NCBI GenBank assembly: GCA_038496445.1
Contig: JALMLS010000595.1
Span: 1-41,767, forward strand
Origin: Trichosphaerium sp. ATCC 40318
Taxonomy: Eukaryota > Protista > Tubulinea
Direction: 5' to 3'
DNA length: 41,767 nt
This document shows positions 35,891 to 41,767 of this stretch, piece by piece (position 1 is the stretch's first letter; every line of letters starts with the position of its first letter). The notes under the pieces were generated by a model that saw nothing but the letters and a program-made list of their open reading frames with translations, was not told the DNA's origin and made no database searches. A program made the translations under genes and the position numbers.

Positions 35891-36162
35891 TTGTGAAGTT
35901 AAGGGTTCCCCTTTGATAACATGAATCAAAAAAGAAAAAAGTCGTTCAAAGTAAACAACATCTTAACTTGTTGTAGATAGATCCCATAATATCACCTTGA
36001 TTAATTAAGGAAGCTATAGCATACGTAATTTCTTATATCTTCATAATTCTAACTGGGTCATTGTACTTTTATCCAGGACAAGAAGATAAGAATAAACAAA
36101 CCTCAAAAGAAGAAAAGTACAAAATGATTTTATAGGCATCATTAAATTTTAGTTCATTCATT

Positions 36163-37895
36163 TTACAAAAGCAAAAATACCATGACAAGAACTAATACAG
36201 TACACATAGTGAGCGTTCTACTGCTACACTTGAAAATATCTATATTGAGATTTCTCACTAGTGATGTGGAAGATCTTGTTTGCTCTTGACACTGGTTTCT
36301 ATTCAAGAGAACCATTGGAGCAACATCTTCACATCTTATAAGTTGTGATATCAGTATTGAAGCCACCTACAAATATATGTGTTACGCTTAAGGCTAAAGT
36401 GAGAGATAGTGATGTACTTCAATTGATGTTGCATCAATGTTAAATGTACCAATGATACAGCTTCCTACTTCAAATATTGTATTTGTTTTGCTCAGTTTGA
36501 GTGTTGTGTTATTGAACCTAGCATCTCCTGTCGAAGCCTGTTAGTATCAGCGTGTATGAGCAAACAAAGTACCAACAATAGAGACATCAAAATCGAGTAC
36601 AACAACACTATCTGTTGGTATAAAATCTAACAACAAACATTAGCAAATGCACTGTATTTTTTCCTACTGCAAAAAGTTGTTACCTGTAGGTAGTGTAGTA
36701 CGTGAAATTGAATCAAGCTCACATACAAAGAAGTGAGGAATCTCACAAGGAAGATCAGACCAGGCTACCCCCCTTGTAGTTTCATTGAGCATGTATACAC
36801 AATTTTCATTAGAAGCAATGTCTTGGCTTGGCTCCGAGCTATGCCAGGGAATTTGAAAAAATACTTGTCCATAATCAAGAGGTTCATTCGTTACTGCCTT
36901 TGTACTGGTGTTAATTGATTGTAGATTTCAAGTTAGGAAATATCAAGTACCCATTGAAAATCAAGGTGCTCTCTGTATCCACTTGTCAATCCAATTAGCG
37001 GCCGTGAAGTTGTAAGAGTAAAAGGTACAATATTTCTAACAAAATTAAACTCCTCAGTGTTGGTGATTGTCACAAGGTATCCGCCTTGCTGTAAACAATA
37101 TCCTTTTGATAAAGTTATTTATGATATGTAATTTGCAAACAGTACCTTGAGCTTGAGGCCATGAGTGTCTCACACTAACAGGGTTGTAGCAATGACCTGT
37201 TCAATGAAATAAGTTAAATACAAACTTAACATGATTGTTCTTCAATACCTGAAACGTTGTTGTAGTGATCACAAGATACATTCTGTTGTATCTGTATACA
37301 AGGAGTTGTTACTAGTGGAACATTGCCAGAGGGAGCTTCACAAACGAAATACTCTGAGTCACAAGCATTTGTTATGATCTATCAAAAACGATTAAATGTT
37401 GTTTCGTAAACATATTGAACGCACGCCTCCCTCAAGTGTAGGGCAGTTGTTATCATTTATGACGCTCCCAGGATATGTAAATCTCATAGCGATGGTACTG
37501 ACAAGCGAGTTGTCATACCAAAAATAATCAATACTGTTTAAAGTGGTAATATCTAAACGCAATCGCTAATCAACCTTTTAACAACAAACACGTGATTTGA
37601 ACGAAAAGTGAAATAAATTTTGTGTTATCGTCGTACGGGAAATAAAGTCATTACAGATGCTTCCATAATACTGTCAAGTACAAGAGGATTGAATCCTAAC
37701 GGAGTAAATAAATAATTAGGGAATAATTAGGTCCGTTCTCTTAGAAACAATACCCATTTCGCATGAATCATTGTCTGTATCATTATGGAGCGTGTATGTT
37801 GTATTTTCCCAAGTACATCTCGAAACAACTGCACACGTGCTTATGGTGATGTAAATAAACACAAACAGCGAGAATAAGGTAAATCTTGAAGTCAT
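36163..37895 (-). CDS. Tandem C-type lectin-like GPI-type surface protein, copy 8
   Basis: ATG at 37895. Ligand exon AVTNEPLDYGQVFFQIPWHSSEPSQDIASNENCVYMLNETTRGVAWSDLPCEIPHFFVCE. Hydrophobic tail. Confidence 0.82.
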
Positions 37896-38841
37896 ACGAT
37901 ATTCGAAGATGAAAAAATCAACTATGAAATGTATGAAAATAAGAAAATGTGCAGCAGATTTATGGAACTCCGATAGAGTTAAAACACACTGTGGAACCTC
38001 CAACTGCAAGTACAGCTTATGATATTGAGAATACAAAATAGGGTTACTGGGCCACACGTGTTCCATATTTATTCAGTTCCAAACGTCTAAACACCTATAA
38101 AACACACACAAACGAACGTACAGCAGTTAAAAGGCTAAATAAGCTAAACTGTTGGTGTAAAACTCCGCGGAATAGTACTCCATGCGCTTAAGCGTATGCC
38201 ACGCAACATCTACTTCAAGCTTGGCCCAATTAGCACCACAACGTAAATTCATAATGGCTCCTAGTTAGCAGTCTTTTATACTTGTATTGTATTATCCTAT
38301 CTTAACACGTTGCAATGTTATTTGTGTTAGCGCTTTCTTTGTTTCAGGCTTTCTGGTAGAGCTTCGTATTCTCATACTAGTGACTCTCCAATACCATCCA
38401 GAAGTGTTATGATTGCCCACTTGACAGTGCTACTGAAGTCACATACCTCCAATGCTGCCTCGTGTTAACATTGCATTGTATTTACATACTTAGTCTATAT
38501 TAAGATCACCATCACCTTGACACGTTTAACTTTGGTTTTGTTACTCCCAAAGTTCAATTGGAGACTTAGTGTTCTTTGATGTCAACAGAAACGGCACTCA
38601 AGTTAAAGTAATGTTACTAATGTTGAAGTTGTTCTAAGCAAGTATATTTTGTATTTGTTCCTCAAACCATGTGATTTCTTGCTTCCAATGATAACGTATT
38701 ACTGTGCTATGGCACTATCCATTCTGGTAAAAACGCTATCTACCCGATTGGGTTAGAAGATATGAGATATCAATACCAATAAACAACCTTCTAAGGAAAG
38801 AAAAAAGTATAAAATGATGATTTGTTTAGATTTTATTCAGT

Positions 38842-40724
38842 TTACACAAGCAAAAACACCATGACAAGAACTAATACAGTACACACAGTGAGCGTTCTAC
38901 TGCTGCACTTGAAAACATTTATATTGAGAGTGCTCGAAAGCGATGTAGCTGTTCTTGTTTGCTCAATACACTGGTTTCTACTCAAGAGAACCATTGGAGC
39001 AACCTCTTCGCATCCTATAAGTTGTGATATCAGTATTGAAGCTGCCTACAAAATATGTGTTATGCTTAAGACTAAAGTGAGAGATAGTAGTGTACATCAA
39101 TTGATGTTGCATCAATGTTAAATGTACCAATGATACAGCTTCCTACTTCAAATATTGTATTTGTTTTGCTCAGTTGAAGTGTCGTATTTTTGAACCTAGC
39201 ATCTCCTGTCGGCCTGTTAGTATCAGCGTGTAATAACTACCATTGTACCATCAAGAAAAACATCAAAATCGAGTACAACAACACTATCCGTTGGTATAAA
39301 ATCTAACAACTAACATAAGAAGACATTTAACCTGATACTATGGTGTACTGTGTACCCGTTACTAGTTCATCAGTTGGGGCTGAAGTTGGCATTGCTAAAA
39401 AACAGTTAACAATTTCTTTTCTTTACCAAAAAGTCTGTACCTGTTGATGGTGTATCTGTTGGTGTGGATGTTGGAATAACTAAACAAACTCGAGTTACAT
39501 ACAAATGACAAGCAAACTGTCTGTACCTGTAGGCGGTAGTGTAGGACGTGGAATTGAATCAAGTTCACATATGAAAAATTCTGCTCTGTCACAAGTAATA
39601 TCAGCCCAACCTATCCCCCTTATAATTTCAGTACGTATGAATACACAATTTTCATTGGAATTAGAGTCTTGTTCTGGCTCTAAAACCAACCAGGGAGTTT
39701 GAAAAAATACTTTTCCATAAACAAAAGGTTCATTCGTTACTGCCTTTGTACTGGTGTTAATTGATTGTAGATATCAAGTTAGGAAATATCAAGTACCCAT
39801 TGAAAATCAAGGTGCTCTCTGTATCCACTTGTCAATCCAATTAGCGGCCATGAAGTTGTAAGAGTAAAAGGTACAATATTACTAACAAAATTAAACTCCT
39901 CAGTGTTGGTGATTGTCACAAGGTATCCGCCTTGCTGTAAACAATATCCTTTTGATAAAGTTATTTATGCTATGTAATTTTGCAAACAGTACCTTGAGCT
40001 TGAGGCCATGAGTGTCTCACACTAACAAGGTTGTAGCAATGACCTGTTCAATGAAATAAGTTAAATGCAAACTTAACATGATTGTTCTTCAATACCTGAA
40101 ACGTTGTTGTAGTGATCACAAGATACATTCTGTTGTATCTGTATACAAGGAGTTGTTACTAGTGGAACATTGCCAGAGGGAGCTTCACAAACGAAGTTCT
40201 CTGATATGCAAGTATTTCGTATGAGCTATCAATAAAGCGATTAAAAATGGTAGCCTAAACCGATTGTACGCACGCCTCGTTCAAGTGTAGGGCAGCTGGT
40301 ATCATTTATGACGCTCCCAGGATATCCTGATTCCATAGCGATGGTACTGACAAGAGAGTTGTCATACCAAAAATAATCAATACTGTTCGAAGTGGTAATA
40401 TTCAAACGTAATCGCTATTTAGCGGTAAATCACGTGATTTGAACGAAAAGTAAAATAAATTTTGTGTTGTCGTCGTACGGGAAATAAAGTCATTACAGAC
40501 GCTTCCATAATACTGTCAAGTACAAGAGGATTGAATCCTAAAGAGTAATAAATAATTAGGTCCGTTCTCTTAGGAACATCACCCATTTCGCATGAATCGT
40601 TATCTATATCATTATGGAGCGTGTATGTTGTATTTTCCCAAGTACACCTCGAAACAACTGCGCACGTGCTTATGGTGATGTAAATAAACACAAACAGCGA
40701 GAATAAGGTAAATCTTGAAGTCAT
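38842..40724 (-). CDS. Tandem C-type lectin-like GPI-type surface protein, copy 9
   Basis: ATG at 40724. Ligand exon AVTNEPFVYGKVFFQTPWLVLEPEQDSNSNENCVFIRTEIIRGIGWADITCDRAEFFICE. Two extra stalk micro-exons. Confidence 0.82.
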
Positions 40725-41234
40725 GTGATATTCGAAGATGAAAACCAAATATGAAATGCATAAAAAAAGAAAATGTGAATAAATATTGTTTTAGTTGCTA
40801 AATTAACAAAAACACGCACCAAAGGACACCTCTGTACTGAATAGCTAAAAGGAGATTTATGGAACTCCGAATAGAGTTATGGTTCCAATTTTTTCAAATA
40901 TGACGGAATTTCTGAAACTGTCTCAAAAACAATGCTGGCCATGCCTCGTCAACCACTTTAAACTACAAAACTAATTTCCACTGTATTTAGACTTAGACAA
41001 TACAAAACATGTTGTAAATAGATCTCGAGAAAGTATGAAATCGCTTTCTATGGTTTGAATAAGAATGCAACAAAATTCTGGTGCTCACACACAGTTACAA
41101 AAAAGCCTGAAATAGTTATGTGCAACTTCATTCCCCACACTCTCAATTAAGATGATACTGTCTAATTGCTTTTTTAATCGCTTAGATGGAACAACTTTTA
41201 GCTGACATATCATAGCAATATGATCATTAGTGTT

Positions 41235-41767
41235 TCAGCTCCAATAATTACTATCCCATTTAACTTCATGTACACCAATCAATACCTTGGCACCCTCTTT
41301 AGTTGCACGTGTATCATATAAGGTAATGGTATGAACACCAACTAAGTACTTCAAACATTCATATGTAATTATAGTTCTTTCTAATTCAATCTCATGAACA
41401 CCAGCCAATGCCTCTACACCCTCATCTGTAATTGAAGTACTATGTAAATCAATTGTATGAACACCAGCTAAAGCCTTGATACCCTCATCTGTTATATTGA
41501 CACAGTATGACAGCCTAATAGTATGAACACCAGCTAACGCCTTCAAGCTTTCATCTGAAATGCCATCACAGTCACGTAAGTTAATTGTATGAACACCTGC
41601 CAAAGCCTTGACGCCCTCATCTGTAATATAATCACATTCTGATAAGTTAATAGTATTTACGCCCTCCAATAAGTACAAGTGCTTATCACTGATATCTCTT
41701 GAAATGAAAACAGTCTCAATAGAGGTGTTTTGAAGCAAAGGGCTTCCAGAAAGAAGATATTCCCCTT
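41235..41767 (-). CDS. Leucine-rich repeat protein (5' part outside window), paralogue of 1771-2898
   Basis: Repeats of ALAGVHTI.L..C..ITDEG.K. Confidence 0.85.
   Translation of the reverse strand, partial: GEYLLSGSPLLQNTSIETVFISRDISDKHLYLLEGVNTINLSECDYITDEGVKALAGVHTINLRDCDGISDESLKALAGVHTIRLSYCVNITDEGIKALAGVHTIDLHSTSITDEGVEALAGVHEIELERTIITYECLKYLVGVHTITLYDTRATKEGAKVLIGVHEVKWDSNYWS

Noticed and set aside
521-39702. Many 60-125 aa track ORFs overlapping lectin, MORN and GT31 genes
   Set aside because: They are antisense shadows or exon-plus-intron read-throughs of multi-exon genes.
1-41767. Giant-virus genome or reassigned genetic code
   Set aside because: Dense spliceosomal introns, no viral core genes, and TAA, TAG and TGA all terminate genes.

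Overview
Eukaryotic (probably protist) AT-rich genomic DNA with many short GT-AG introns and the standard genetic code. Most multi-exon genes are missed or fragmented by the ORF track. Main contents: (1) A family of about 9 copies or fragments of a multi-exon gene for a signal peptide, two C-type-lectin-like domains, a Pro/Thr stalk and a hydrophobic (GPI-like) C-terminus. Its ligand-binding exon is hypervariable, while neighbouring introns are almost identical between paralogues. (2) Interleaved F-box-like genes with LRR, MORN or NHL repeats. (3) A young 6.74-kb Ty3/Gypsy LTR retrotransposon (14285-21024) with identical 80-bp LTRs, an AAGGT target duplication and a -1 gag-pol frameshift signal. 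It has one in-frame TGA in integrase and is inserted in codon 4 of a lectin gene. Its 5' leader carries five identical-stemmed predicted H-type pseudoknots alternating with covarying hairpins. (4) A non-autonomous hAT-like element, MITEs, an AlkB-type dioxygenase, a GT31 galactosyltransferase, a SAM methyltransferase and an aberrant tRNA. The palindrome CACGTG is about 10-fold over-represented in host DNA. All exon models and structures were read by eye and are predictions.
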